Below, in pieces: positions 22,898 to 35,735 of a stretch of 50,533 nt of DNA (its first letter is position 1; the number at the start of each line of letters is the position of its first letter). Location: positions 1-50,533 of the forward strand of contig JAVEBF010000022.1 in the NCBI GenBank assembly GCA_051941275.1. The letters are read 5' to 3'. Both the position numbers and the translations under genes were made by a program. This stretch comes from Dirinaria sp. TL-2023a (lineage: Eukaryota). The notes beneath the pieces were generated by a model that was not told where the DNA came from, made no database searches, and saw only the letters and a program-made list of their open reading frames with translations.

Positions 22898-24154
22898 ATG
22901 GTTCGACAATGTGCTAAGTCCAGACATAAAGGCTCGGTCCAGACCAAGAGCCCCAATACGAACAGCTCCCAGACAGGCATAGAAGGTAGCAAGGGTGGGC
23001 CTAGAGGTTGCGATGGCTCTCGCCCTTCTGAGGCCCTTCCTTTTGATTTACAGCAACTTCTCTTGAACGTTTTCAAGGACACTTTTGCTTCTAGCTTTAG
23101 TGCTGGATTACCCTCTTTGATTCAAGAAATCAAGCAGCATCTCTACAATCGTGATTTTTTCAATGCGTTTGGCCGACAAGCTCTGCTTGAGGCTTATGCA
23201 ATAAGATGGAGTCCAAGTCGCGCTCTAGCCTACGCAGATATCATTCACAGTAGCTCTGGATTGCTTGCCTTCCTTTCTCATGGTGGGAGGAAAATTGGGA
23301 GACTCGCGTCCCCTGTTTCCGCAACATATCATCCTAATATACCGTTGAAGAATCACAGTGGACGGCAAATGCTTGAGCCTGACAGCGAGCACATCCGAAC
23401 AACGAAGATTGTCTGCTTGGGTGGAGGATCAGGTGCTGAGATACTTGGCTTTGCGGGCCTATTATCCTACCTGAATGGGCTTGCGACTTGCGAAGATGGA
23501 CCATTGGATCCCCCCTCTGAAGTTTCGCCTGTACAAGTCAGCCTTGCAGCCGTTGATATAGCAGACTGGTCTACTGTTGCCCATAAGCTGTATGGTGGTA
23601 TCATTGGGAGTCTCCGTCGCTCTAGTATATCCTCTTCCGAGAGTACGGCGTCCAAAGATCCGCCTCTTGATGCGGGAACGTTCAACGTTGACTTCTACCA
23701 GTATGATATTCTCAATACAGAAGCTTCCCAGCTAGCGAATCTCTTTCACGGCTGCGGCCTTGTGACATTGATGTTCACGCTCAACGAGCTTTACAGTACA
23801 TCTGTGGCCGCTACCACTAATCTTCTACTATCGATGACCTTTTTACTCGAACCTGGTACGTTATTGCTAGTAGTGGATAGCCCAGGAAGCTACTCTACTG
23901 TGAGCGTTGGGAAAACTGCCGAGAGCCAAGAGAAGAAGTCCACGCAGAAAAAGTATCCAATGCAGTGGCTGTTAGATCACACTCTGCTTGAAGCTGCTCA
24001 GACTAGGAGCAGCAAGCAGAGTGACGGAGAAAGGCAGTGGGAAAAACTCGAGGAGTCCATATCAAAATGGTTCAGGTTGCCGCAAAGGTTGATGTATCCC
24101 ATTGACTTGGAAGATATGAGGTACCAGCTTCATCTGTATAGGCGCCTTTTGTGA
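22898..24154 (+). CDS. BMT6: 25S rRNA (uridine-N3)-methyltransferase BMT6-like (DUF3115)
   Basis: YAIRWSPSRALAY, VCLGGGSGAE, VTLMFTLNELY, VVDSPGSYS, KYPMQWLLD and WFRLP..L.YPI.LEDMRYQ. Single exon. Confidence 0.85.
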   Translation: MVRQCAKSRHKGSVQTKSPNTNSSQTGIEGSKGGPRGCDGSRPSEALPFDLQQLLLNVFKDTFASSFSAGLPSLIQEIKQHLYNRDFFNAFGRQALLEAYAIRWSPSRALAYADIIHSSSGLLAFLSHGGRKIGRLASPVSATYHPNIPLKNHSGRQMLEPDSEHIRTTKIVCLGGGSGAEILGFAGLLSYLNGLATCEDGPLDPPSEVSPVQVSLAAVDIADWSTVAHKLYGGIIGSLRRSSISSSESTASKDPPLDAGTFNVDFYQYDILNTEASQLANLFHGCGLVTLMFTLNELYSTSVAATTNLLLSMTFLLEPGTLLLVVDSPGSYSTVSVGKTAESQEKKSTQKKYPMQWLLDHTLLEAAQTRSSKQSDGERQWEKLEESISKWFRLPQRLMYPIDLEDMRYQLHLYRRLL

Positions 24155-24353
24155 ATCGGCAACGAAAAAAGTCTGGAAACCTCCAAAGTCATCACAAGCA
24201 CCTCGTTTGAGAATTGGCGAGCCTTTGGTGGGAAAGCATGCCTTTTTATCTTGGGGTGTCTATCTATCCACGTATTGGTTCGTGCTGAATTGCCTCAACC
24301 GCGTGCTGTCTCAAAGATCATTGGATTACCACAGCTTTTCCTTCGAGGACTGT

Positions 24354-25249
24354 CTACAAATTTTGCTCAGTCTCCAAGACATCATACTGTGAATTGTCGC
24401 TATTTCCTTTCTTCTGCCTTGGTGCTGTGCTACCAGCAGCGGCCTGCGTCGCGCGCTGCATCTCGTTCTCGGCACGCCTACCCGGGTCGTCGTCTGTTCC
24501 GATATCCGAATTAAAGCTAGCGTTTTTGCTTGGATCTTCGTCGAAGCCACCCTCGGTGATATTCTTGCCCTTTGGCTTCCCTTCCTGTCCAGGTTGGGAT
24601 TGAACACTGCCAACATAACTCGGAGCAGTGTTAAAGTTAGATGAGTCTGGGTTTCCACCAGAGCCGCCGACGTTATAATCCTCCCGTGAGTCATCAGCAC
24701 CGGGGCCTCCGCCGCGAAGACCAGAGGCTTGGTAGACACCAGAATTGTCCGCTAGCTCTTGCTTTGCGCTTGTTGACCCACCAGAGTAGCCATCCAGGTT
24801 GTGCTGTCCGTCAAATGTACCCTGGCCACCAAGACCTTCCGGGTATTTCTGCCCACCGGGTCCTTTGGCTTCGTCAGAAGTCTCTTGCCACGCTTGCTTA
24901 GCCTCGCGCTCAGCGGCATCTGGTGCAGGAGCCAGAGTAGTAGCTCCAGAAGTATCGGTATTATTGAAGGTAGAGGAGCTGCCAGATACAGATTGGGGCT
25001 CGGCGTTGCGGTTGTTGCTAAACGCACCACCAGATTTGGTGGACTCAGCGGCCAAAGAATCAGAGGCTATAGCACCTGGACCTTCTTCTTTGGGATTGAG
25101 GTAGCTTTCAGGGTCCGATGTATTCTAAACAGTCAATTTAGCTGGGTTCGGGAAGCACCTTTTGAAGCGTTGAAGTCTAGTATTGGAAACGTGTTACTGA
25201 CCTTCATGCCCTGGTTGGTTGATCCGATGGGAGTCCCTTGTTGATCCAT
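24354..25249 (-). CDS. Conserved Gly/Ser-rich hydrophilic fungal protein (hydrophilin-like)
   Basis: Long hydrophilic ORF with motifs SDSLAAES..GGAF, KPKGKNITEGGF and DIGTDDDPGRRAE. One intron ~25201-25125. Confidence 0.8.
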
Positions 25250-25829
25250 ATTCTTGGTAGTGCAGTCTGCTATTTCGGTGGTATCTCGTTCGATATATTC
25301 TGTTTCCGTTTATTGAGTAAAGTAAGATCAGTGATTTCAGAGGATAAAAGTAAGAGCTGGTGCGTGTTTCCGTTGCAGTACCCACCGGGGCGGTGATGTA
25401 ATGTGCCCCACCTTCCCAACTGCTCAGGTACTACTACCGTCTATCCTACATGTACCTTACCCGACCGCCCCGCTACCTGATACCTTAGGGGCCCTCGGGG
25501 CCTTCAGGGCCTAAATGCCGCATTTTGTGAGCAGGGCAGGCTTTCGTGTCTCAACATGAGTAGGAGGTTCCTTCCAAGTAAGACCATTTGTCCCACCAAC
25601 AGCAATATTGGTCTGATAGGTAGAGTGGTTCTGAGACATCACCGAAGTTGTGTTTACAGGGGCGAAGTTAGCGATCACACATAACATTAGGATATTGGTG
25701 ATTTTTATTGGGCTCTAATTCTAAACGGCTGTGTGCCCTCCCAGACAAGTAGCATGCTGAAATTGTGTGCTGCAAGCCGGATCGCACAACTCAATGGTGC
25801 ACATGGCTCCACGATTGACCATGCTTTGC

Positions 25830-26310
25830 TTATGACCTAGCATCTTTGGGAAGGCCCCCAAGGTTATCGTGGCCTTCTCGACCAACGCCGCTAGGGGCAG
25901 CAGTGTTCGTCTTGAACTCTTCTCCGTCAGTCCTGACGTTGCTACCACTCGCCACGGGCCCTCTCAAAGCATCGTCTCCGTAAGACACGCCTGTTTCGAG
26001 GCGACCGGATCCGACATTGACCTTGCTTTCGTCTGCCGAGTTCCAGTCTGAAGCCACTGGAGGTGCATCTGGGAGCGGCAGGTTCGCTTGCCTCTCGTCG
26101 ATGATTTGTTGCTTGGGCTTGGAATTACTGTCGATGATCGACTAATGTCACGACTTAGTTGCATTACTAGAGCATTGGGGGGCAGCAATTCGGTACCTTC
26201 AACTGGGAGAGTTCTGATTCGGAAGGAACATTGCCATCGTTATTCTGCGAGACCTTAGACTCCGCCTTACGAAGGTCTTCCTGAGTGAGGTGGAACGTCT
26301 CGTCAGACAT
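25830..26310 (-). CDS. Small hydrophilic LEA/SMP-like conserved fungal protein
   Basis: MSDETFHLTQEDLRKAESKVSQ...LK|SII...ANLPLPDAPPVASDWNSAD..VNVGSG. One intron. Confidence 0.8.
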
Positions 26311-27060
26311 GATTGGTTCAGACAATGATTGCAATGATTGTTCTTCGCGAGAGATGTTTTTTCTTGGCTTGTATACTTTTCTTTGGGAGGCTGAGAGGGC
26401 GTTAAACGGACAAGTAAAGCTGCAGCGAATACAAGAGAGCAAACAAAGTGTGAAAAGGTTGAGGGCAATGACGTAAAAAGGCGTTTAGCGAGTGCGCATG
26501 TCTCGAGAAGGATTTTGCGACATCTCAACATCGCAGAGTTTAGCCGAGTCATAATACAAATTCACGTAGAGTTCTATGCCAATCCAATTTTCCTAATACC
26601 ATGGTACTGATCTTGAGTGATTCAGGCCAGGTGAGAGATATCCACACCTTTTGTTGTATGAATTATGACCCACATCCGTTCACTATTCCTTTCATCAGTC
26701 CTGTAACAAGCTCAATTCAACGCCCAAGTCCTCGGATCAAGTCTGTGATGGCATTCGTGCAGACTCTGCAATGAGACGTTGAATGCAAAGGCGACAGTAA
26801 TAGAGCACATTGCATCGGTAACTTCATACATTTGAGTGGAGCAAACAAGCGCGAGCTCCTTCATAGCCATAGTAAACTGTCTCTTCCGAGTGACAACGGG
26901 TATCTCTGTTGGTCATGAAGAGTAGGTCTGGTATACCTGTTGAAATAAATCAGTGGTCGGTCGAACAGCCGAACGATGTTCGCAAATGAAGGCTCACCAC
27001 AAGAATGCCATCTCCTTATTATCGAACTTTCAGGTTGCAGCGTGCGGCTATACATACGCA

Positions 27061-27820
27061 CTATATCTTGACGTTCTTAGACGCCTTCGAAACAAACTTG
27101 ACTAGATCCTTGTAGACTTCCCTCCAATCTTCTTCCCCTTCCTCTTTTTCTACTACTTTCTTCTTCCCCCCCGGTTCCCTTCCCACCATTACAACGCTCG
27201 TAGGTCTCTTCGTACTTCCCGCGGCGCCCAGTTCGGTTCTCGAGGCAATAAAGATGTATGGAATACTGTGATCTTCGCAAAGGACTGGAATGTGGGAAAT
27301 GACATCCATTGGCGAAATATCTGCTGCGATCACCACGACACTATGAGGTGTATCTTCCGATGAAGTGGTGGGAGACTTGCGGACAGCCTTCACGACTTCT
27401 TTGACTCCCCGCTTCAAAGCTTTATGTTTGGCAGCTGCGCGTCCATTGTATCAGTATTCATACACATAGACTCTCAAACATGCTACCTTTTTTGACACTC
27501 TTGAGAACCTTCTTCCCGCCCTTTTCGTCCGCGAGTGGATTGGCAAAAGGCACAAGTGCGCCGAGAATTGGGGCATCCTTGATCTTGAGGTGGATGTCAC
27601 CATCTTCTTTGATAACTACACTCCCAGGCTTCTCGTCTTCGAGTGTATTCAGCAGCTTCGTTGAAATCCCAGCATCCTCCGCGGCAGCAGCTTTCTTCTC
27701 CTTGCCAGCCCTTTTGTCTTTTTTGGTTTTATGGACACCATCCACCTCGGATCGTTTCTCTTTCGATGCTTTCTTCTCTTTCTTTCGTTCCTCTTTATCC
27801 ACGCTTTTCTCCTTAGCCAT
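27061..27820 (-). CDS. NHP2: H/ACA snoRNP subunit NHP2 (L7Ae family)
   Basis: LVPFANPLA...LKRGVKEVVKA...IAADISPMDVISHIPVLCEDH.IPY..SR.ELGAAGSTKRPTSVVM. Lys-rich N-terminus and one intron. Confidence 0.95.
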
Positions 27821-28858
27821 TGCTGACAGTAAAGGTCAGTAGGATGAATGGATAATTTGGAATGAGAGCTTGTCGCGGGCTTCTCTAGGGCGGTTCTAGT
27901 GCTATGAACGCCAAGCCTCTAAACCCTTGAACGTCGCTAGGGTCGTCCAGGTAGCTGATTCATAATTACCTTCTTGTTTGACGATGCAATGTCTTTGAAG
28001 GGCTTTCCTTAATCACAACATTCTGAGTCTGGTCTTTCTTGCTGCTCCTCCAGAGATCACTGGCACGGTGGCAGGGTGGCACGGTGCAGCGTGCACTACC
28101 TCATTCAGGGCTCGAGGGTTTACCTTTTATCGAAACTCCCCAATATACTACCCCCTTCGACTTTTACTACCATTTGAAGCAGAATCTCATATTACTACCT
28201 CAATTAAGTATAATACATACAAAATTAACCGCAACAAAGTATGTGATGACGCGAATCATGTGCAACAGGATTCGTAGTCCACCAAAGCGCCAGAAGTTTA
28301 GTTGGAAAAAAAAGTCTCCTTCGGAGTCTATAAAAGCGCCAAAACTGAGCGTTTAATTGAAAAAAAACAAAAGGTCTGATTGGAAGAGAAATTTTATCAT
28401 CTTGTCAATCCTGCTTCTGCACACACGTATGAAGAAGTTGAGACTTTCGAACTCCTTGAAAACACGCGAGGCATGTCAAGCAGTCAAAAAGGTCAGCACT
28501 TAGTGGTCCAAACGAAAACTGCTTCCAGCATTGCATCCCAACGACTTGCGCGTAAATGAACAAACAAATCGAACTTCGTGTATATGTTCTGAATACGCGG
28601 TTTGCAATATATACTGGTGTGATCATAATGTTGAAAGGAGCATCTGGCAATGTCTTGTTGGGAATACCAAGACGTAATGTGCCCATTCTTGCCAGCGGAT
28701 AGGATAGCAGCAGCTGCACGTCTTTCAGTGTCGATCGAAATGAGTGAGAAGTATAGAGGGTCTTGAAAGAGTCTGATCTATCAGTGTAGTGTTTACAAGT
28801 CTACTTTGCTGTAACATCCACGCTGGTCTTCCATTCGCAGCGAGATAAATTATTATTT

Positions 28859-29429
28859 TCAAGCACGAACAGGTCCGCCTTGGCGAGCCTCCGCAGATTC
28901 TTCAGCATCCTGCATACGGCCCGGCTTTGAGTTTAGGTACTCGTTCCTAGGATCACAGTGAGCCGCCTAACCTTTATGATTCAATGCGTAATTTTAGAAG
29001 CCTGATGGGTTTGTACTTCTTAATAGCCCAGTCCATCGCCATATATGCCAGTGCGAAAGGTGGGAGGACATAGAGTGCTTGCGCTCTAAACCTTCGCCAG
29101 GTGTTGAATATAGCCGCGTTTACCGTGCCAGCTAGAGGTCGTTGTCGGTTCGCTGAGATGGCGTAGGTAACGATGCCTTTTTGCGTCTGAGAGCCTATGG
29201 ATAGTTTAGTCAGGGAATGATACCGTGACATATGAGTTTCATTGTACCTAGATTACCCCAGCCTCCAAGATACCTGCAATGTTATGTCAATGTATACTCG
29301 CGGCACCTTTTGAACGAAATGATAATTGTTCGGGTTCAGGCGCCCATGTTGCAAGTGCAACACAGAGTTCTAAGGGCGATGTACTCACTGTCCATGCTTC
29401 GTATCCAATGGTGCACTGCCCCCTGCCAT
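28859..29429 (-). CDS. QCR8: Cytochrome b-c1 complex subunit 8
   Basis: Spliced product [45 protein letters not shown]...FNTWRRFRAQALYVLPPF...NEYLNSKPGR. Three introns. Confidence 0.93.
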
Positions 29430-29699
29430 ACTTTCGTACTCTCAAATACTGTGATTCTTTGTGCTGATGATGGTGAAAGGCGAATGTAGGAGATTTGGAG
29501 AGCCAAAGTAAACCAATCACTCACGACGCCGAGGACGCTACGTCAGAAAATGCACTAGACCGAATTGGAGCTAGGTTATTTGAGCTGAGGTGCAAAATTA
29601 AGGTACCTCTGAGACCATCCCCAGTCGACCTTCCATATTCACCTTCATCCTGGAATATCAAGAACGAAGCGGTCGGCTCGCTGCTCTCCGACCATAAGA
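29430..29699. promoter_or_regulatory. Bidirectional promoter between QCR8 and PHB1
   Basis: The start codons are head-to-head, 270 bp apart. Both genes encode mitochondrial inner-membrane proteins. Confidence 0.6.
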
Positions 29700-30651
29700 A
29701 TGGCGGCCAACGGGCTACAAGTAGTCTATCGTTACGCAGTGCCGCTCTTTGTTGGTTTCTCCTTTGCTCAAGCTTCTATGTACGATGTCAAAGGCGGCAC
29801 TCGAGCGGTGATCTTCGATCGCCTGTCGGGGGTTAAGGAAAAAGTTGTCAACGAGGGTACCCACTTCCTTATACCTTGGTTGCAGAAATCGATCATATAC
29901 GATGTTCGCACCAAACCTCGCAATATCTCTACAACAACTGGTAGCAAGGATTTGCAAATGGTCAGTCTGACCCTGCGCGTATTGCATAGGCCGGATGTTC
30001 AAAATCTCCCCAAGATCTATCAGGTATGATTGCGTGAATTCCATCTCAGCTGTTAGGGCCGTTCTTGCAGATCCTCGTTTTCAACGCTTCCAGAAATGCT
30101 TGTACTAGACTTATGGATAGCTATAGTCGCTCGGCTTAGATTACGATGAGCGAGTCCTTCCGTCAATCGGCAATGAAGTTCTCAAATCCATAGTCGCCCA
30201 ATTCGATGCGGCTGAGCTGATCACCCAAAGAGAGGCCGTCTCCGCTCGGATCCGCACCGACCTTCTCAGACGTGCTTCAGAATTTAACATCGCGCTAGAA
30301 GATGTATCCATCACACACATGACTTTTGGGAAGGAATTCACTAGGGCTGTCGAACAGAAGCAGATTGCGCAGCAGGACGCTGAGCGATCAAGATTCATCG
30401 TTGAGAAAGCTGAGCAGGAGCGACAAGCGAATGTCATCCGTGCTGAGGGAGAGGCTGAAAGTGCTGACACGATTAGTAAGGCCGTTGCAAAAGCAGGAGA
30501 CGGACTCATTATGATCAGAAGAATTGAAGCAAGCAGAGAGATCGCGCAAACACTGGCAAACAACCCTAATGTTACCTATCTTCCAGGAGGGGCTGAAAAT
30601 GGAAAGGAGGGTGGTAAAGGGACAGGGCTGCTACTGGGACTGCGATCATAG
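29700..30651 (+). CDS. PHB1: Prohibitin 1
   Basis: [18 protein letters not shown]...[30 protein letters not shown] and [14 protein letters not shown]. One intron ~30024-30126. Confidence 0.97.
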
Positions 30652-31066
30652 GCGATGCATGGACTTTTGAGAGCTAATGCAAAGACAGAGGGTATTCAGC
30701 GCCCTTTTAGTGGCATTGTAGGCATCCACTCGATTCAAAAAATGTAGCATAGCATGGCTGGACAGACTTTTCTCCACATCCGTCAAATTTATCATAAATC
30801 TTCTCCAGGCCTTGATCGCTGATGCAAATAGTTGCGTACACCTCTGCTGCTAGAGATTATTGTGCCTTAACGCCTGCTCAATTCGATTTCGAAATTTCCA
30901 GAGCAATCCCTCGATCTAAATCCCATGCCAAGCATTTAATACCCCGAACTGGCTTGCCATTACCAACCCAGGTACAGATTGCTTGTTAAGGTACTGCCTT
31001 GCTTTTTCGCCATCTAATCCAGCACAATGCTACAAGGTCTTGATCATAATCCTGCTCAGCTTCGTT

Positions 31067-33570
31067 ATGAGGTCTCGCACCGGATGGTAGGTTTCTGCTA
31101 TACGCCTGGCCCTACAGATATTAAGATGCTAATCGCCATGCAGCTTGACCTGTCGTCAGAGAAAGCTCAAGTGCGATGAGCAGAGGCCCAGATGCGGTCA
31201 ATGCTGCAAAGCCAATCGTGAGTGTCAGCTCAGCTCGGGCATCGTCTTTCGCCATCATCATAATGCCTCGATGAACGCCTCGAGCGATCCGCAAGCGGGT
31301 GGATCCAGCAGCACCAGTACCCTCAACGGATTCTATGCGTATAGAAATACTTTTGACGAGGACAGTGTCTGGCTGGATATACCGAAACAAAGTACGTCTC
31401 GTTCCATCAATCCAAAAAAAAAATCCTCAGCTAAAGTGCCTAGTCACCTTCGTGAATACTACAAGCCCTTACGCCGACGACTTGCACTACTCAATAACTC
31501 CATCCCAAGTCACCGAGAAAACTCCCAATCAGTCGCAGCAACAGACCGATTGGTCAGAAACCAGTAAATATCAAGGCGGAGGTACTGCCAAAGGACTGGA
31601 GGCTCTATCTGCTGCTGCATTGCATATGCCTAATAGCGCGATCAATGCGTCCAACACCGTCAAATCTGCACACGCAATCCCACATTTGAATACACACGAA
31701 CAAGCTGCGTCCGCAAAAGCTGATTCTGAGTTTTCGTCTATGTCCAGCAATGATATCGGTTCCAATCTTAATTCATGCCCTGAGCAAAGAGCAACTGCGA
31801 TTGATCCGGCCCTCGAAATTCCGTATCCTCCGATGTGTTTTCCTCCAGATGTGTCTGAGAGCTCGCAGAGGAATTCATACAGAGATCCCATCTAGAAAGA
31901 CAGTGAACTCATCACGTTTCTTCGGAAGCAAGTTTCTCAAGCCACTGGGCGATTATGAGGTTGAATTTTTGAATTGAAGGGCTGAACTGAGTGGAACGGA
32001 TTTATCCAACCCTGAAATCTTCCTTTCGGGCACCGCTCCTCAATGCGCTGTCTCTAATTCTCTGCTCAAGTATTCAGGATGTGCTTGTGCTGTAAAGCAA
32101 CTTGGGTCAATTGGAAGAAACTGGTATTAGAAGCCATTGGTGGAGTTGACCCATAAGCAGTGGAAACCTAGAGAATACGGGCACGCAAGTAGAAGATGGC
32201 TATCAATATGCGCAGGATGGATATTGAGAAGTCGATTTTCAGAACATGACCAAAAAGGAACACATTTTGAATGACAGCATGGTTCTCCACAAGCAGTTTT
32301 CTGGATTCAACCACAACTGGCCGTCATCGTATTAACAACATTTTCGGGACCGAGGCTTAGTAATTCAAAGAGCTTATGAGAAAATCAAGAGTTCTCTAGA
32401 GTCTCGGCGACAAGCACAGACAGCGGATCAGAGGCAGAGATTGGGAAAGCACACATGCTGTCTAGGAAGAGTTTCCTGCCAGCGACAAGTGAGCATTCAG
32501 GGACGAGAAGACAACAACGCTTGTCCAGAGTGCTGCGTAACCTACAGCGAAGGGCAGCACACCACTATACCGCCATACCCACCTATTGCCAGCACAACGG
32601 CTTTCAAAGATGGGCAGGAGATCTGCTGTCAGATTGTCAAATCAGGCCGACAACAAGTGCCACTTCCTCAGTTTCATAGCTTGACAGTGCTCCGCCTATT
32701 GAGTGCTGGGTTCTGGTATTCAATCGGCATCGCGTTCATGCCTTGGGGACCACCATTTAGGCCGTGTATAACGCACACTTCTCTCGCTTCTGACCACAGA
32801 TCTCTGCACTTCACTCCACACAACGAAGAGATATCCTCGAGTTGGAATGACTAGCCAACCATTTTCGCGTCTTCACGTTGCGGGATATTAGATAGTGGAG
32901 ACAAGGGTCTGAGCTAATTGAGCCACTCCCACATCTTTGCATGGAAGATTCCTGAGGATTTATATTAATCATTAGGTGTCCAATTCAAGAGATGAGAAAT
33001 TTCTGCAAAAGGAGGTAGTGGAGGCAAGGTCTGAGCTCATTGAGCCACTTACACATTTTCGCATGGAGACTGTCTGACACTAGAGCGGTAACTCTGTGAG
33101 CTAAGTATGCTGTCCTCGGCCCTGTCTCCGTCGGACTATCTGGATTTTGAAAGGGGATTCAGGGTACAGACTACGGTTGCCGGGAAAACTGAAACACAGA
33201 TGCCGAGTACTTGGATATTTGGATCATGATGCGTTCGGACATTTCCCTTTTTAGAGAAAGGCGTGTTGAAAAGGACAATACTCCACAGTAGCTCAGGTAC
33301 TCTAAACACTGCTACAGGATTGGCGTCGATCGAGAAGAAACCGATGCAAAGGCAATACCCGTAGGCATGTATATACGATCATAGTACTGATCGCCTCCAC
33401 TCTTTCTATCATCTTTTTGCGATGTTACTCAAAACAATGTATCAACCAGCATCTGTAGTCAATTTATGCGCCTCAAAACTACCTTAGTGTCACTTTAATA
33501 CAGAATCAATGAAAGCCACAACCTCCTCGGTCGTACAGCAACCAATGTTCAGCTGGGCTTTAATGATCCT
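31067..33570 (+). pseudogene. Zn(II)2Cys6 transcription factor with intact DNA-binding domain and degenerate C-terminal region
   Basis: MRSRTG|CLTCRQRKLKCDEQRPRCGQCCKANREC. Stop at 31893-31895. Downstream remnants (NSLLKYSGCACAVKQLG, LSAGFW) resemble the fungal TF middle domain but are broken by stops and frameshifts. The 3' limit is approximate. Confidence 0.7.
32893..33067. repeat. Two ~53 bp diverged direct repeats
   Basis: TAGTGGAG..AAGG(G)TCTGAGCT.ATTGAGCCACT..CACAT.TT.GCATGGA at 32893 and 33016. Confidence 0.7.
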
Positions 33571-34267
33571 TCCTGTAATAACAGAGTCCGGCTCCGAGCC
33601 TTCCTCCCGAAGATGATCTCCCGGCCATTGCCCTACTTTAGTGACGGCACAGTAAGGTAACGGCCTCCTTCCGAGAAGCCCCCCGGAGGCGGGCAGGAAA
33701 GTTTAAATCTCTACCACCTAAGGTACATAGCTTACGTGTAATTTGGCAGCAAATAATGGAAGAGGAGTAGAGTCAATTTTAGAGCGTTGGGGAAAAAAAA
33801 AGAGAATAAAAAAGAGAAAAAAAAAAAAAAACAAGGGCAGAAAACGTGCGCGCGGCGTAGTTTACGGCATAGTTTAGGTGGAGCATGAACTCAGCTGAGT
33901 GAGAAAAAGGAGGGTCTCCGTAAGTGGCGCTCGTCTTTTCTTCCAACTGAGGTGGCTTGGAGAACAGGTCAGCTTTTTCCTTTAGGCGGGGTTTATAGAG
34001 CCCTCTGGGTCGTCTTTTTCGTCCCAATAATCGTGAGTTTCTATTTTTCCGCGTTTCATGAATTACTGCTCAATTGGATCAAAGCTCTTTTGTTCCTCAT
34101 CTTCTGAATGTGGGCGGAGGAAAGCTGCGCCACTTGGCGTGGAGTAGCTGAAACCGCCTTCAACCTCTAGCCGTTCTTCTCTCTCGCTGCTATGCCGAAT
34201 GAGACTTGTCATGATCATGTGTAGCTGTGGACCTTGAGCTACGTGCGCGGATAATGCCCGGATCAAC

Positions 34268-35680
34268 ATGGAGGGGTCAGCATATCAGGAACCAGCTACG
34301 TTGCAGCGAACTCGAACCCAAAGTCCCGACTCGACCACGTTCCTGTCGGGCAACCACAAGCCCACCAGATCAGCTTCCCGGCTGGTCAAATCTCACACCA
34401 CGACGTACGACAGCTCAAATACTAATCAAAACAATGAAGGTATCGGGGATTCGGGAAAGGTCTCAGTGGTCCACTACGAGGTCGCACCGAAGAAGGAGGC
34501 ATCATCTCGGCCATCCAGGTCTATGGATTCCACGCATGACGATTATAAGACGACACCCTTCGCATACCGGCACGGCCGGCGCTATCTGCGCGATCCATCC
34601 ATTGCCTACCCGTTGCCTGTAGATCTGGTTGAGTTGCATCGGCAGAATCTGCGCACGTTGTTGTTGATCCACGTTTTTGGAACGCCTTTCTGTGCGCCCT
34701 TCTTCCAACATCGAACACCGAGGAAAGTACTAGAGATCGCCTGTGGCTCCGCATTATGGAGCTCGTGTGCGCATGATTTTTTCAAGCGCGAGGGCCACTC
34801 GGAAGTCTCTTTCACCGGGCTTGATATTGCACCGCTTGCACCAGATCTTCGAAAGCAAGGAGTGAATTGGAGATTTGTGCAACATGATTTACGCAAGCCG
34901 CCGTTCCCTTTCGATGATGGCGAGTTTGACTTCATATTCGTCAAAGATACTGTCTTTTGCGCCGGTGCTGCAGGCGTGGGAGTCGAGCTGAATCCATTGA
35001 CGGAGCTGGTGCGCTACTTAGCGCCTGGGGGAGTAATTGAAGTGTGGGAATCCGATCTCCTCTTTCGATGCCTTCTACCTGCTCCGTCAACGGGGCCAGG
35101 CGTTCGTAAAGATGACGTCAAGCAGGCAGAAAGCACCGGGACGTATTTGATATGCGCAGGAACGCCGTTTGCCAAAGCTCAGAACAAGTATCTCCAAGAT
35201 TACAATGTCTGGGCAGAAAAGGCCATAGACAAGATGGATTTCACCGCTGCACCTTGCGCGCTGATGGGTCTCACTTTTTCGAGCGAACCAGAAGTATATA
35301 GCAGCGTCGATAGCCGAAGAATTGCCATCCCGCTCGGAGAGTTGCGCTGGGAGCGGGAAGGCATCGGCGGAGCACCGCCAAGCCTGAAGAAGAAAACCAG
35401 TCGTGGTAAGAGTGACTCGCAAAAGGCGTCTTCTAGTCAAGAGCTGCGCGTCACCTGCGAGCCTTTGACGCCTGATCAGCTCGACTTGAGGCGGACGGCT
35501 TTGTTAACGGTCCTTGGGCTAATTGAGAGTTTGGAGCCGCTGCTAATGAAAGAAAGTGGCAAGAAGCAGGATGAATGGAATAGATGGTGGGCTGCTTTGA
35601 ATACCGATGTACTCGAGCGAAATGGCTTGTCAAATGGTGAATGTCTGGAGGTGGGCGCTTGGTGGGCTCGGAAAGTCTGA
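34268..35680 (+). CDS. SAM-dependent methyltransferase, LaeA-like family
   Basis: HGRRYLRD..YPLPVDL.ELHRQ, motif I VLEIACGSALW, GLDIAP, FPFDDGEFDFIF and LAPGGVIEVWE. Single exon. Confidence 0.88.
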   Translation: MEGSAYQEPATLQRTRTQSPDSTTFLSGNHKPTRSASRLVKSHTTTYDSSNTNQNNEGIGDSGKVSVVHYEVAPKKEASSRPSRSMDSTHDDYKTTPFAYRHGRRYLRDPSIAYPLPVDLVELHRQNLRTLLLIHVFGTPFCAPFFQHRTPRKVLEIACGSALWSSCAHDFFKREGHSEVSFTGLDIAPLAPDLRKQGVNWRFVQHDLRKPPFPFDDGEFDFIFVKDTVFCAGAAGVGVELNPLTELVRYLAPGGVIEVWESDLLFRCLLPAPSTGPGVRKDDVKQAESTGTYLICAGTPFAKAQNKYLQDYNVWAEKAIDKMDFTAAPCALMGLTFSSEPEVYSSVDSRRIAIPLGELRWEREGIGGAPPSLKKKTSRGKSDSQKASSSQELRVTCEPLTPDQLDLRRTALLTVLGLIESLEPLLMKESGKKQDEWNRWWAALNTDVLERNGLSNGECLEVGAWWARKV

Positions 35681-35735
35681 TCTGGCCGCTCAAAACGTTG
35701 ATAAATTCCTGTATGGCGCATCGGATGATGAGATA

